Assembly: GCA_002633005.1 (NCBI GenBank)
Contig: NMRA01000104.1
Coordinates: 742,841 to 806,840, forward strand
Source: Phoronis australis
Lineage: Eukaryota; Animalia; Phoronida
DNA length: 64,000 nt
Direction of reading: 5' to 3'
Each line of letters starts with the position of its first letter. Position 1 is the first letter of the stretch. A program made the translations under genes and the position numbers. The notes below the pieces were generated by a model, which saw nothing but the letters and a program-made list of their open reading frames with translations, searched no databases and was not told the origin of the DNA. Below are positions 1-15,000 of this stretch, in pieces.

Positions 1-54
1 GAAGTGGACACGTACACGGTACCACCAGCACCAGCACCGTGTCCAGCACCACCA
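1..54 (-). CDS. giant repeat protein exon 71 (runs off window)
   Basis: Acceptor ttgcag; (N)[15 protein letters not shown]. Confidence 0.8.
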
Positions 55-3000
55 CTGCAAAGAAAAGTGAAGGGCACATATGTAATCTTTCATCTTGGCT
101 AACACATGTAATACATCCTCTACAAGTAAAACTCTGGTGACCATTATCATTTTCAGAGTTTAAAAGAATTGCCTTAATTTTCAAATTAGTCAGCTCCATC
201 AGTCAGCAAAATTGCGGTTATCCAAAATGGAAATTTTTGTGCACGAATTTGGCAACCCCCCAAACCCTGTATAATAATTTTAGAACTTCTCTTCTAAATA
301 ATTTTAGTGTTGTACAAGTCACTTTAATGTTCTGAAAAAATTGCACTTAATTCATGTTGTGAGCAGATGACAAAATTTATATTTTGATGAGGTAACCAAC
401 ACAACAGTATCAGCTAAAAAATTTATCAAGAAAGAAAATGAGCTACGTGCATGACCACGTAGTTGAGCAGATAACACCCTTAAGTCATGTTCCTCCAGAT
501 GTTGAATAATGGTGATCCTTCCTAACTCTTACTATGAAATATTAAATGAAAATTACTTAGCGGTAATGATGCCATGCATCAGCAGGTTATGTGACTTGAT
601 GTCAATTAGTCCACCACCAGGTGCGCTGTAGCCACCTGACCCCATGTGACCTGGATTGGTGAAATCATAGACTCCAGAATAGGCGCGACTGTGATGAGAT
701 GATCCAAAACCGAAGTGACTACCACCTTCACCAGGAAGCACACCACCATCTACGAATAAGAATGATAATTAAGAATCTTTAGAAAATAAATAATGCTTAA
801 TTACCTACCATGATTTTTTCACACACTGACCTGCTTAATTTGTCTTATTTTACTACATAAACCCAGTGAATCAGTGAAAATTTTTAAAGTAACAATTTGT
901 GAAATTTATAGCCATACATGAAATCTTGGCCTTGATTTTATTGAATCCTCTCCATGAGTTTTTGCAATCCCACAATCAGTTATGGTTGGTATGAAAATTA
1001 CATAGACAGTTACCATGCCTCAATAAACACTCTCTGGCCCTGAATACCTATCCTCTCTTCTGGATCAAAGAGAAAATGAATAATTTTAAATAAAAATCAA
1101 TTTTATGATAAATAACCCACAATTTCTGTTTAAAGGTGTTAATTACCTGGTCCAGCTTTTGGCGCAAAGCCCCTGGAATCAGCCGAAATCAGTCCACCGT
1201 TGGAAACCACTACAGTCCTTGAACATCGTATAATGACCTCTTTTACATTAATTCTGGCCCCATTCAGAACATCTAAGTAACTTGCTTCCACTTGATATTT
1301 CACACTCCCAGTCATTTCCAAAATAGAACCTTTCAGCAAGCTCAATTTCGAGAACTGCAGCAACCCAGCTTGGTATCCAGAGGACGTTGTGGCAAGCGGC
1401 CCAAATGTCAAAGTTGATGATGATAAAGTCAGGTCCGTTACTCCACCTAGGCGGCCATTGATGTAGTTCGTAGTACCAAGTATCATAACTTTCTTGGGCA
1501 AGAGAAGTTGTCCATTAGTGTAAGTGTTCAAGTTCACAGGCAGATGGTAGTCAGTCTTGAGTATGTCAATTGTTTGCCCAGGGCCAACATGAAGACTACC
1601 CAGTGTTGAGGCATCTTGAACATGACCACCAATAAGGTTGGATATGGTGACTGATTTAATGGAAGACTCAAACACCACGTGGGCACCATTTTGTACCACT
1701 AGAGTAGTAAAACTCATTGTGGTATTTGTAGAAAACATCCATGTTCTACCACTGTCCTGATATCTATTGGCGTAAGACAGCTGGTCAAGTCGAGACTGTA
1801 AAACATTGTGTACAGCAAATTAAAACACGTCACTCCAATTCCAATCTGTAACGTTTAGAAACACATAATAACTTTAACAAGAGGACCAACACAGTCGAAC
1901 AACATCCATTTTCATAGCTGTCACAAGACATTGACCAAATGAATGCACATGCTAATTTTTACAAGAAATTAGAATATAGACAAAATGATTTCTATCAACA
2001 TATTCGTGAAATAGTGAAAGAGAATACTTGAATCCAGTAATAAGCAAAGAATTGTTCACTCAAGATGGGGATTTTACTAACTGCTTGCAGATTCATCAAT
2101 TTGCACATGATCTCATGAAATTGGAATGCAACATTACTAAGGAATGAGTTCCCCAGAATGAGACATATCACAGTCAATGTGAACCTAAATTGATCTGACA
2201 TAAAGAATATCATCACCACCAATCAAGCTGATTTACCTACAAAATACCAAACACTACTGAACAGTGGTAGGTAAAACCAATTACCATCTAAATAATTAAT
2301 TTCAGGTAGAAAATCAATCAAAAAACTTACACTATAAGGATGGCATTTGTTGTTGATGACGGACAGTTTCCTGTTGGTGTCTGTCTGTTGAAAAACAGTG
2401 CCAGCAGCACCACACTCACTACCACCACTGCCACCATACACCTGTAGGCTACCAGAAAAGGTGGATGTCTTGGCAACAACACTGATACGACCCCCACCAC
2501 CACCACCACTGACAGAGCTGACACCTGGTGAACAACAGACCAAACTAAGTGTACAACACAGGTTTCAGATATCACAACAAAACAACCCAAAACAGTAAAC
2601 CATATATTATACAATTTACAATGTTCAGACTTAAGTACAATTAAATCTCACCATTTCCGCCATTGCTAGAAATCAAGCCACTTCCAAAGAAATCATCAGC
2701 CATGATGTACACACTGCCACCACTAGCTCCACCAGTGACAGCTTCTTCATGAATTCTCTTTCCATGCTCACCATCTACGCGAATTTCTCCTGAAACCAAC
2801 AGAATACATCGTGAAGCTGATCCAATATGACTTATCATTTATATTTCTTCATGTTGTGCTAATGTGTAAAATCAAAAAGTTGTATGCAAAGTACACTCAC
2901 CACTGACAGTTACAGAAGTGCCCACAAGAGAGAAACTTCCTCCACCATAAGCTCTGTGTGTGAAAATGCCTGACTTGACTGTTCCAGCACTGCCAAGCAT

Positions 3001-6000
3001 GTCAGGCTGCTGGTAGTCTCCATAGTAATGGCCGCCAATCACATAATTTGGAGCACGCCCACCCTGTCCACCATGACCTGCTCCAGCACCATTTAGTCCA
3101 CCACCTGGGCCGTTAACATCACGCACTCCCTGATGAAAACAAAACACAAAATAACGATAATAGGTGAGACTTAAGGATGAGGATGAAAGCAGCTCAAGAA
3201 AGTGCAATCTGTGTTTTCGCATTGGAAGTGCAGGGAAAATAGTTGAACTTACAACTGAGACTGTTTCATGCATTAAATGCCTTTTTGGCCTAACCCTACC
3301 TTTCCATTAGCTTCCATAAGTGACATCTGGCCAATGTTGATAACACCTGCCCTGATTAGTAACTTGTCAGCATGCACTACACCACCACTCTCCACACGGA
3401 ACTCTTCTCCAGTCAGTGTCAGACCAGAGGAACTGCTGTCAATGGTCATGTGACCACCACCTTGTACCACCATCTTAGTGAAAGGAATGGTGCTGGTTCT
3501 GTTGCCACGTCTGTCAGTCAAGTGCCTGAGGAACAACAATGAAATTGGACATGATTACGAGAATACCATCAGAATAGGAAGGGAATGACCATGTTGAATT
3601 AATGACATAGCATGAGGCTGCCACAACAAACCACACAAAAAGCATTGGATGTAAATGAACAATGTATTAATTAAATTCTACCATTAACAAGGCAGGTAGG
3701 TGGACATAACACAAGCTCAGGTGAGTGTAGTATACAACAGGCGCGTGTAAAACAACTAATAAACACAATGTCTTTCTTCCTCACCTTAACTCCAAGTCGC
3801 CTCCCTTGCCTACTATTAGTTCCTGGACACCAGACAAGGATCCCTCAACCACCATGGCTATACCATTCATAAGGAGCCTTTCTGTCAGTTTCACATCTCC
3901 CCTCTGGTAAACATGTAAACCAAATTTCAGTTCTGGACTAGTGGAACTCAGCCGAGCTTCCAAAGACTGAAAAGGAAGTGTTAAATAATTAAAGCGGGTT
4001 AAGACAAGAGTTCAAATTGAGCTCTCTTCTGTCAGTAATTCGTGAATTATAAGTTCTATTTTCTAGAAAAGACGTAATTATTCCATTTCATGATCAAGGT
4101 TACTGATTTGCAGAAATGACAAAAGCTATACCTGGAGTGGACCAATATGAAGTTTTCCAGACTTATCTCCCCCACCTTCCATCACATTTATATGCTGTTC
4201 AAACGTATCTAGATTTTGCCTGTACACAGCAAGATGAGCTCCCCCACTGATGGTCATGTGATTGAATGTAAAGTTGTGATTGGTTCCTTCATCAAACAGC
4301 CAAGTTCTGAAACAATGAATTTGACAACACAAGTGAAAACCATTCTCACTTTTCCACCACATGCCATGTAAATCACAAATGGAAAGAACGCACACAAAGT
4401 CATATAATTTGTTGCATAACGTTGACTAGTCTTGTACTTAATGATACCTAGCCCAGAAACAAAGTTTCACTAACCTGAAGCTGTCTTCACCTTTGTGTAA
4501 GTCATCCAACAGATGGTACTTGATCTCACTGTTCACAGGTTTTCCTCTTCCATCATTGTCAATAATCAACCTGTAGGTGTCCTCACTGCTGTCATGGAAC
4601 AACACAGTCCCCGCTCCTCCAGCCTCTAATGGACTTCTGCCACCATACGCAGTCACCGTGCCTCCAAACATGTTTGTGTTGGAGCTGATGGTAATGCGAC
4701 CGCCAGCGCCGCCACCACCAGGACACAAGATGTTTCTTGACGGTACTGAACCACCATTCACAGACAGCAGGCCATGACCTCTGAAGAGTTTAGTATCGAT
4801 GAAGATACTACCCCCACTGCCACCACCTAAAATGTAAATTGTGATGCCACTTAAGTGCAGAATGATGCCACTTAAGTGCAGAATCAGAATAATGAAACAG
4901 ACATGACATTTCAAATACGCTTCAGTAGCAATACAACAAAACCAAGAGGAAAATTAATGGGATCAACAAAATGGTATCTTTATGGATTTCTCATGTGTCA
5001 CACACCATTCGTCGTCAAAGTCACATACTGCACTTAATTGCACAACAAACTGCATTACCTGCTCTGGGTCCTGTAGAATCCGAAGCACTTGCTACAATCC
5101 GACCGTTGACTTCTACAAACTGCCAACACAGCAATGTAACCACACCACCCCCTCCTCCTCCACGTTGTCTGCTGCTGGCCCCAGGTACACCAGTACAGTG
5201 ACGGTCATCAGATGACCCACCACCAACACCTCCAGGACTGCCAAAGTCTTGAGGTCGGTATAATGAACCATGTGGAGCACCAACAACATACTGGTTCTTA
5301 CCCTGGCCGCCGCTTCCACCATGACCTCCACCAGAGCCACCTGGTGATCAAAAATAGTAGTTCTGAGTAAACAATACCCAAGAATAAAAAAATGTCATTC
5401 GACCAACTAACTTCAGTTCATAATGAGCATGCTTTTGAGAATGAATACGATGAATAAAGTTCAGTGAGAACTAAAACATTTCATTTTGTCATCAAAGAAC
5501 AATTATCAACACTCTGGCAATTTGTTAATCTTCATTTTAACAACATATCATAGCTTACCGCCAGCAGGCGTATCCACTCCTCCTTCAACTACATGTAACG
5601 GCCCGGGAGACTGGCTGGACACATCAATGGTAGCTGCTTGGTCCACTTGGACAGCAGATGCATTGACATGAAGCCAGTTTGTCTGAAACAATTTCCTCAG
5701 GGTATCACACTGAAACACTGTAAACATATGCGATGTGACCTCAATAATCATTAGTGTGCAAAATAAGGTCAATTAGCATGGCCTTCAATCCCTCAATTTT
5801 GGGGTTAAATATCGGCCCCATTCCCCTCCGAAAAATAATAAAAAATGACCAGAAATACCCCTCATGTGTACCAAAACTCCCTCTCATACGACAAAAAATT
5901 CCCTGAGGTTCAAATCACATGTAGCTCACACAGGCCAGGATTTGAAACAGCACAAAATGTTAGTTTTGGCTACTTGAGACAGAGCCTATGAAGGCCAGTA

Positions 6001-9000
6001 AAAGGGCTGGAGAAGCTAATGATGCTGACCAGGGGGGTTTCCCTCACCCAAAATATTCCAACACAGGCACTTTTCCCCTCATGTGAATGAGGGCCCTGAT
6101 TAGTAAAACTCACTTGCATGTATCCACCAGCTTGTAGCCTTAAGGTAGACTCTAACGTCAACGAAAGAGAGGGTTCATCCTTACGACTGCCATCACCATA
6201 CAGTGATATTAGTTGACCATCGGCTAAAAGGGTCAGACTCTTCATAGCAAGATTCTTGTTCTCTAAACCTTCTGAATGTGCCTGGAAAGAGCCAACCATC
6301 ACTGAAAATGTGCTGACAAATCAGATAATTGATATTTTAACTTTTAATGTAAAATAATGCAATTTTCATTTAATTTACATCACACAAGGTATTCTATCAC
6401 AAGTAATGACTCTCCATTTACGGCACTTTAATTATTATATTGGTGGACAACTGAGCTGGGCAGTTTGTCAGTGAATGATTGTAAAGATGGAAATCTGAAA
6501 ATAATGAAGAAGCAATTTCTGGGTAAGCATGAAACACTGAATAAACCTAATATTAAATTACTGGGGTTGTACAGTATGTACCTGTTCTTCCAGTGTCACT
6601 GTAATGTCCTGCCCTATAGTCAGCTGTTGCACACCAGAGAGTTCACCGTCAATGTATATGTGACCATAGGCAAGGTCACTCAACCGTGTGGCTAGAAAAA
6701 GCAATGAAGTTTGTGTCATTCACACAATATTCTGGTCAGCTGTAACGAGGTCGTACATAAAGGCTTAGTACCACCAACTACCATTATTAAACTCACAACC
6801 TGACTTGATAGCCTGCAGGTCAATTTTGTTTGTCGAGATAGTGAAATTCCCAAAGGTGCCACAAAGCTGCAAGACACCCACGTAACATGAGCACACACTC
6901 AAAATTCTGCAGGAAGTAAAGAGATGAGGGACTTAAATGTACAGCAAAAAAATGTACAGTCCAATTCATGACAGATAAGGTGTCTTGATTGGCTGCTTTT
7001 AAACATCTTCCAATTTAGGAATCTCGTTTTTTTCTCTTTCGGTTATGGCCAATTATGTGTTATTTGCAGATGCAGGGCAAAATTCAATAGCACTAGTGTT
7101 TCACTAGAAAATACAAATTCGCGAGATTTCAAGCTGTGTATTTTCAATGAGAGCACGAGATTTTAGATAGATTTTTCAGACAGTCACTGAACTCAACACA
7201 GGACTTCTGCTATCCGGCACATAGAGTTGCGTTGTTTCAGCAGCTTCATTTCCTTTTTGGCAACATGGAAATTGTGTCGGGTCGCATCTACTAAGCAAGT
7301 AGACGTAATGTTAGGCATCTACCTTTGAAAATACAGAAGACAATTCAAAATTTGTTGAAAGTAAACCCAAATTAGACAATAAGAGCACCATGACATTAAA
7401 CTTCTAGAATGTTAACTAGTATCATGCAATTCATAATGAAAAGCACACTATGGAACATAGCATCAGCAAAATCAGTCTCGAACAGGGCACGTGTTCCAAT
7501 TGACAGAAAGTTATTTTCCAACTTTCGTGAAAATCCATTAAGGAACTTGTTGGATAGAGAGCCAAACACAAGACAGACTACACTGCTACTAGGGGACACT
7601 AGAGCAGTCAAACACAAGACAGACTACACTGCTACTAGGGGGCACTAGAGTAGTCAAACCCATCCCAAAATCAATGTAAACTGGAACATACACACCAACA
7701 TCTTAAAGAACTTGGTTGATATTGATACAAATACAAAGACATATTTGTCACTAGGGGGCACCACACTAGTTGGACCATTCCGAAAATCTACGCCAGTCAT
7801 GATCATCCTAATAGGAACACATGTTCTCAATATAAAATTTCGTTACGATCCTTCAAGTGCTTGCACTGATAGATAAGCAGACACCAAGAATGCCAGCAGA
7901 GGGGCACAGAATATGACAAATCTATCCAAAACTGGGGACGTGTTGTCCAAATTTGGCAAACTTCATGTATCAGAAGTGGCTGACGAGATTTATATGAAAC
8001 TTTCAAATATTACATTTTGTTCTCCAAAACATTGTAACAGTTATGAACTGTTTTTAAAATAATGCTCCACTTTGGCATGAGGAAAACATTGTGAAATTTC
8101 ATAATGTTCCTCTAAGCAGTTTGACGGGTAGAGAGGTGGACACTGAAAAGCAACTACATTATTGATAAAAATGGCCACTGGGAAAGATTAAGAGTCTGGC
8201 TGAATATGTGTGTTGTGACAGTCATAGATACGTATTAGATAGATTTTATGAAAATCCATCAAGTGTCTCAGTAGTTGTACTGGCAAAAACTTAAATTGTC
8301 ACACTAAGGGGACACAGCTGCAGTTGAATCCACCACAAAGTTTGTTCATGCCATTCCATCCATTTGAAGTTTGGAACCTGACTATTAAACAGGAACATGA
8401 CTGCAAACATTCATAAACATCCACCAAGGGGTTTTGGGATACGCCACAATGCGCCCACATACATACAATGTGGGTGCATAAAAATTATTCAGCACACCAA
8501 TGAATTCTATACCACAGCTAACAGTAAATTTAAAAGATAGCAGTGCTATAATGACAAAAAGTAACAATCTCAAAGCAGTTAACCAGCACATTGTCAGTGT
8601 ACCTTTGGGGAGACTCAGTCTCGTGTTCCTGTAAATCCTGAAGGCAGCAGCTAAAGGTGAGTCAGATTCGTCTCCAATAGCCAGACCATGAGTGGAGGAA
8701 GTGTGAATGAACCCTGACCTGTCTCCGTGAAGTCTGTGAACCTTAACTTCAGGAGTACTGGTGGACTCATTTCTCATTGCAAGATGGGCACCACCTCTTA
8801 GGTGTACATTGTCAAATGTCAGATCATCTTTTTCATGCCCCTGCATTGTTACAATGTAGGTCCGTGCACTGTCTCGGGATGTATCCGTTATGTAGGCAGA
8901 CTTTGGCTTGTATCCTCGGTTGTCAATTGTAAGAGAACGTTCAGTGACATTGCGTTCCGTGTGATGAACAAAAGCAGTTCCAGCAGCACCCTGTTCAATG

Positions 9001-12000
9001 GCTGACCGACCGCCATAAGCCTGCAGGACACCAGAGAACCTATGGGCCAGGCGGGACACTATGGATATTCTGCCACCACCACCACCACCACCAGCCTCCT
9101 GAAAATGTTTAACATGATCAAGGTATCGTGCAAAATATACAGTACTGTTCAACAATGCAACACAAAAGAATGTAAAACATTTACTCACATGGCAAATAAA
9201 TGACACTTGAAGTGCTTAAAATCGCCATTTACCTTGTTTTGAAAAGTGAAAAACATTCCTTTACAGGACTGCATATCACAATCAGGAATTCAATATTGCA
9301 AAAATGAGAAAATAGAAGAAAAGAGGCTTCAATTGAAAGTTGATTTGCTCCATGGACATAAGTATGACGTATGAACATACACAGCTCCAGTGCCAAGCCC
9401 AACAACATGCTAGTTTCTTGTACAAACTTGTGACAAATCCACGCTTCACCAATGTCTCGCAGGAAAGTGAAAATTCCCAGTGTGGCTAAATACTAATATG
9501 TCACGACCACCGTAAACGCAGAACTTTCACATTCCATATACGGTTACCAGAAACTATGGGAAAACCAGCACAAATACCTGACAACTTTTCTCACTAAACA
9601 CAGTGGAGGATGACACTAGAAAAGCTGTGATCGGTTTTCCTCATTTTACGACATATGTTTTAACCAATAAATTCTCATACTTTGAGATCAGCTAATATAC
9701 ATATTGTCACATAATGTTTGCTGATGTTCTAATTTGACAGCTGGTCAATTGGTAGGGTTGTTTTGTGGTGTTTTTGATATGAAATTAATGATTTTAAGCA
9801 CTTTCAAAGTAAAAAATCACACAAGAAATGGACTTTTTGCAAACTAAGCTTTATTTTATTTTATTAACAAAAATTAAAAGCAGCCAATATACTTCAAAAA
9901 TTGATACCTTGACTGCAGTATTTCTCTCTCCCAGACAATATCGTCCTACACTCAGACAGGTCAGATCACCCCAGCAGCGGTTCTTATGAATGTGTGTGCC
10001 ACGACACTGAGCCCATTGGCTGGAACAGTCACAAAAGAGGGTGTACGTCCTATCTTTACTCTTACAGTCCCTGACAAATGCTCCTCTCTGGCAGCAGCGG
10101 TTGTCAGCACTCTGGCAGTCTCGTACACAGTTGCCTTCCACCAAATAGTAGCCATCTTTACACTCATAGCAGTGACGTTCTTTATTACAACGGTTACAGT
10201 GTGGCATACAAGAACCATCCCCACCATTTACATACAAAGCACCTTTTCCTGAAAAGCACACGGTATTTATTACAGCCAAAACATACACGAGGCGGGCATT
10301 TAAGCAATGCTTATTTATTTACTGCGCATGGCTTTCACAGAACAAATCAAAAGTATTTAACAGACAAAATGACCTTGAATTCCCCCTCATAACGGTTGGT
10401 TGGAAGTCGGATACATCGTCAAAGTATTGTCTTCTCTCACGACCAAGAACGAAGAGGAATAAACAAGAAAGTTATTGAAGTGGCTAAGCCATTCTGTTAT
10501 AAGAATTTTTCCGCCCTGATAGATCTTGCCAGTAATTTTTCATGTGTTAACAAAATTAGCTGTCACGACAAGAAAATATTTTAGTATTTTGTGCGTCATG
10601 GTTACCTTTGTCTAGCAAATGTACTTGTTGAACATGTAAATTGCGTGGTCGTTAAATTTATATGGACAACAAAACTAAAACAGATTTTAACATCAATTAG
10701 CCATCAAACATTTTATACAGATACACTCATGTAGAAAATACACTACAGCAATGTCAAACAATCACCATGTCTGTGTTATTGCCACAGCAAAAGAAACACC
10801 TTACCAGCAACTTCAGTGGCAGTGACCCAGATACTACCGCCACTACCGCCCCCTGTTGCTGGGGTGTGCGCTGTATGAGCACTAGCTTTTAATTCACCGT
10901 CCAGCACAACCTCATAACTGGCATGGAGTTGTATGATGCCACCACCAGGGGAACCCTGAATAATATCACAAACAAATCAGACTGAGTGTGAACACAGCAG
11001 CCTGAAATCACTGGCTCAGGAATTTGTAATGACCAAATGAAAGAAGAGTAAAACTGCAAAAGTTAGAAGTAGTTGAACGTCACATGGCTGAATGCACAGC
11101 TTATGAAAAACAACCGTAGTTACTTTTATTTAATACATGCTTTCAGCAGAAATTGCCAGTAATCAATATTATCTGGTCATACAGTTTGAGGAATAAAAAA
11201 TGTGTGATTTAATGATGAGGTTACTTACGCATCTAAAATTGGATCAGTAATCATACCTAGTATGCACATACACACCACTTTACTACGGTACAAATTCTTC
11301 ATTTTGGGACAGTCTGCAAAATGTGGGACACCGAAATTCAAGCTGAAAATTGAATTTTCCCGAGAGGCAGTGAGGCCTAGTGAGACAAATGTTCGTTTCC
11401 TTTACTCAAGGTCGTGGGTTCAACTCCCACTGGGACACACTACTAGGCCCTTGAGTCAGGTCTCTAGCTCCTCAGTTCAGTTTTAACCGTATTTTAACAA
11501 AGCATAAAAATGATCCCAGTTGATCAGTGCACTGGGCCCACCTGAGCGGCCTGCGCACGTCTGATATGAGTACTAGACCACCTGGAATTATTTTTTTATT
11601 AATTTTCCTGGGGCATGGATGACTTTTGCATGTATCATATGTCACATATTGCGGACCAGTGCATGTTTGTGTATAGCAGGCTCTGAAGGTAATTGTTAAT
11701 GCATAAAAAACAACGGTGCCTGATCATTTAAACATAAGAAAAAACTGCTGCAGGCGACCATGAATTTGGGACACCCAATATTGTGAATTTTTCGAATTTG
11801 AGACACGCTACAGTCTTGAGCGAAATAATTATTTTTCCACTGTCCCAAACTGGTGAATTTTTACCGTAACTCTAAGATAATGCAACTCTAAGATAGTTCA
11901 ACAAAAATTAGTGTTGCAAGATACTTGACATTTGTGCACACAACCTTGGTTAGGATACCCAGTCACAAGATATATCAAAATGACTACAAGAAAGTATTTT

Positions 12001-15000
12001 CCAGTTGAACAAATATGTTCGGTTTTACAAAACATGGTCACAACATCCTACCACAATGCTTAACATTTCTACAACACATCAAAAATCTTACCATACTTCC
12101 TCCCCGGCTCCTACCACCAGCACTGCCATACTCAGTCGGCTTCTGGAAATCACCATATGCCATCAAGGCATACCTTGCACCACCACCTTGTCCCCCCAGA
12201 CCACCATGGGATGCTCCACTGGCTCCATGGTCATGCGATGTGCCTACTGCCTGACCTCGACCTTCAGACCAGCCTCTTCCATCAGTATCAATAACTGCCT
12301 CATGGTCTATGGTTATGTTGACAGCTAATAGAACCAAAGAAAATCAAAAACCCTTAGAACTACAAACAAACTTATACTAGGATAGTAATCCAATTAATAA
12401 TTAATTATTGATTACTTCAGAAAGAAAACACTTCACTAATTCAGGCATCATTTTTTCATCCGCAGTGTCATTTAAGTGTCACATGTCACTTAATATGCCT
12501 GAAAGTGACATTAACGATTATTCTGTTGGGGCTGTAACAGATCAAAATGAAATCCCGTTTGCCAAACACAATGGCCAGCCCTCACTGTGATTACAATACA
12601 TATTAAAACTTCAACAATGAAAGTGGCTCATGAACACATTAAATCCTGACTAACATCGGACAATCTTGATATCAATGAGATATATGGATGTCGGTGTTAA
12701 TCTGAATACAATACAGTAATTAAGGACACCATCCCCTCCAAACCTGTTGTACAGAGACGTCACTAACCTGACACATGGATGGCCTGAGAAGTTACTTCCG
12801 CTCCGCCTCTCAGTACAAAGCCACCCTGAAGCTTCAGCCTCAGCTGAGGGTCACCAGCTGTCCCAGTGTACCTGATACGTCCACCATCAGACACTGAGAC
12901 ACTATTCACTTCCACTGTGCCAGGGATTAGTGACCTGACTCGTGCCTGTGGGTTCATAACAACCTGGCCACCCATAGATATATTCAGTGTCTCCAGTCCT
13001 GATGTGTAGCTGTAGTCACGTAGACTAAGCGTCACATGAGAGAGAGCTGTGTGGTAGGGCAGGGAAAGACTTCCATTCTGTAAGAAATACACATAACAGT
13101 TAGACTACAGACACCCTCACATAAATATATACAAAATAAAAATTATAAAACTCGCTCAACCCAGGCAAAGTTTCGTGGTACAGTTATTCTAATTCATGCA
13201 CTCAACCCTTAGATAAACCAGAGTTCCTTTCACTCTGATAAAATCTTCGGTTCAGATAGACCCACTTTTGCAAGTTTTACTATAAATATAATAAAGTCAA
13301 AAAAAACTTCAATTTTGTGGAAAAATCACTGAATGCACATAAAATTTGGCAGATCCCAAAATCAGAAGTTCACGTCACCATAATTTATTGTCCATTTTCC
13401 CTATGTCTGTCTCCAGTAAAATCGGCTGCTTAACAATCTAATTCTTGGCTTTTGTTTGGAACTGAGGAAGTAACTTGTACTCACAGCATACACAATAGTG
13501 TTGAATGGCACAGTTGAGGCTGTATCATTAGCCATTCTCAGTTCCATGTCTGGAAGTATGTGAACAGTGGCTGTGTTGTCACCCAATACACTGGCAGTAA
13601 CCAGACTGCGACTTCCAGTAGAACCAGCTCCATGCTCATTCACAGCCATGAAGCCAACATGCGCATAAGAACTAGCGTCAAATGCGTTGATAATCGTCTC
13701 ATTGTTAAACAAAGGAATCCAAGTTTTCCTGGTCTGAAAGTACAATATAACTGTCAAAAGAATAAAATTTTCATTGTAGCAAAGATGTGAAAACATTGCG
13801 TGAACGACCAAGAGAAATCAGTTGTAGCTGGCAACATCATAATTACTAATAACAATAGTTTTTACAAACACAACACATAAAACATAGTTTACAGCCTAAG
13901 CTGTGACCATGTACATACCCCAGTGTAGTCTACATTAGCCACCTTCAATTTTGTATGTCCATTGTTGACCAGGTATATTGTGCCAGACGCCCCGTGTTCC
14001 GTGTGCCTGCCAGTACCACCATTAGTGTCTAAATCCCCATCAAACTGGTACCTGGACACATAGATGGCAGCACGTCCTCCCGAACCACCAGCTCTCCCTT
14101 CACCACCCTTCACCTACATAACAAACAGGATTAATTCTTTAAAACATGTTGACAGCTGTATCTATGTGATGCGTTTCATTTGACGAGTTTAAAAGGAAAC
14201 ATATTCGTGAAGACAATTGCCTGTATCTCTGTGGTACATATTGGTTTCATTTTTGTGTTGGTATAATACACATGTACCAGCAAAAATAAAACATGTTAAA
14301 CACAAATCAAATTAACCTGATCTATGTTTAAACATATTTCATACTTTGTGGTTAATGTTCAAATGTGAAAATCCCCCACTTATCAGACATCTACATTTTC
14401 CTAAATCAAACAGCCTAATTACAGGTAGTTGTAAAAAGCAAATAGATAGACATTTTAGAAAAACAAGACATCCTGAATAAAAATTCTATTCAGAAAACCA
14501 ATAAACTATTTCAATACTGATTTAGTGTCCAGAGAATGGCAGTCAAATATTTAAATTAAATTAGTTTAGTACACAGTACATTTCAAAAGCCACCCACCTG
14601 TATGGCGCCAGCCCCAGTCAGTCTGTTGCATGTGATGATCATACTACCACCACTGCCACCTCCAGAATACAGCAGGTTTTGACCTTGACCTCCGTTGGCA
14701 GCCAGTAAACCATTCACTTGCAGATGATAATTGACGGTTAAGTTCAGGATACCACCACCCACACCACCTTCACAACAGAAAACAAAAAATAACAAGTGTC
14801 CAAACCACTGGTGATTCACACAAACTTGCAAGTGTGAGATAGGGGCTGAAAAGAAAAAAAATAATAAAATTTTGAAGCTAAAAATCAATTTCACGTTGTG
14901 ACCTTATCTAGAAAATGTTTACTAATGGTAAACTTCACCTTTGTAAGTCACATGTCCATACTGGCCGTCTCCCCCATGGCTTCCAAACTCACTCGGAAGT

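Noticed and set aside
6716-6905. Possible extra exon (ORF 6716-6898)
   Set aside because: Exon 57 (phase 1) splices directly to 6691 and gives the expected unit sequence LSLPK-ATRL; no phase-compatible acceptor was found here.
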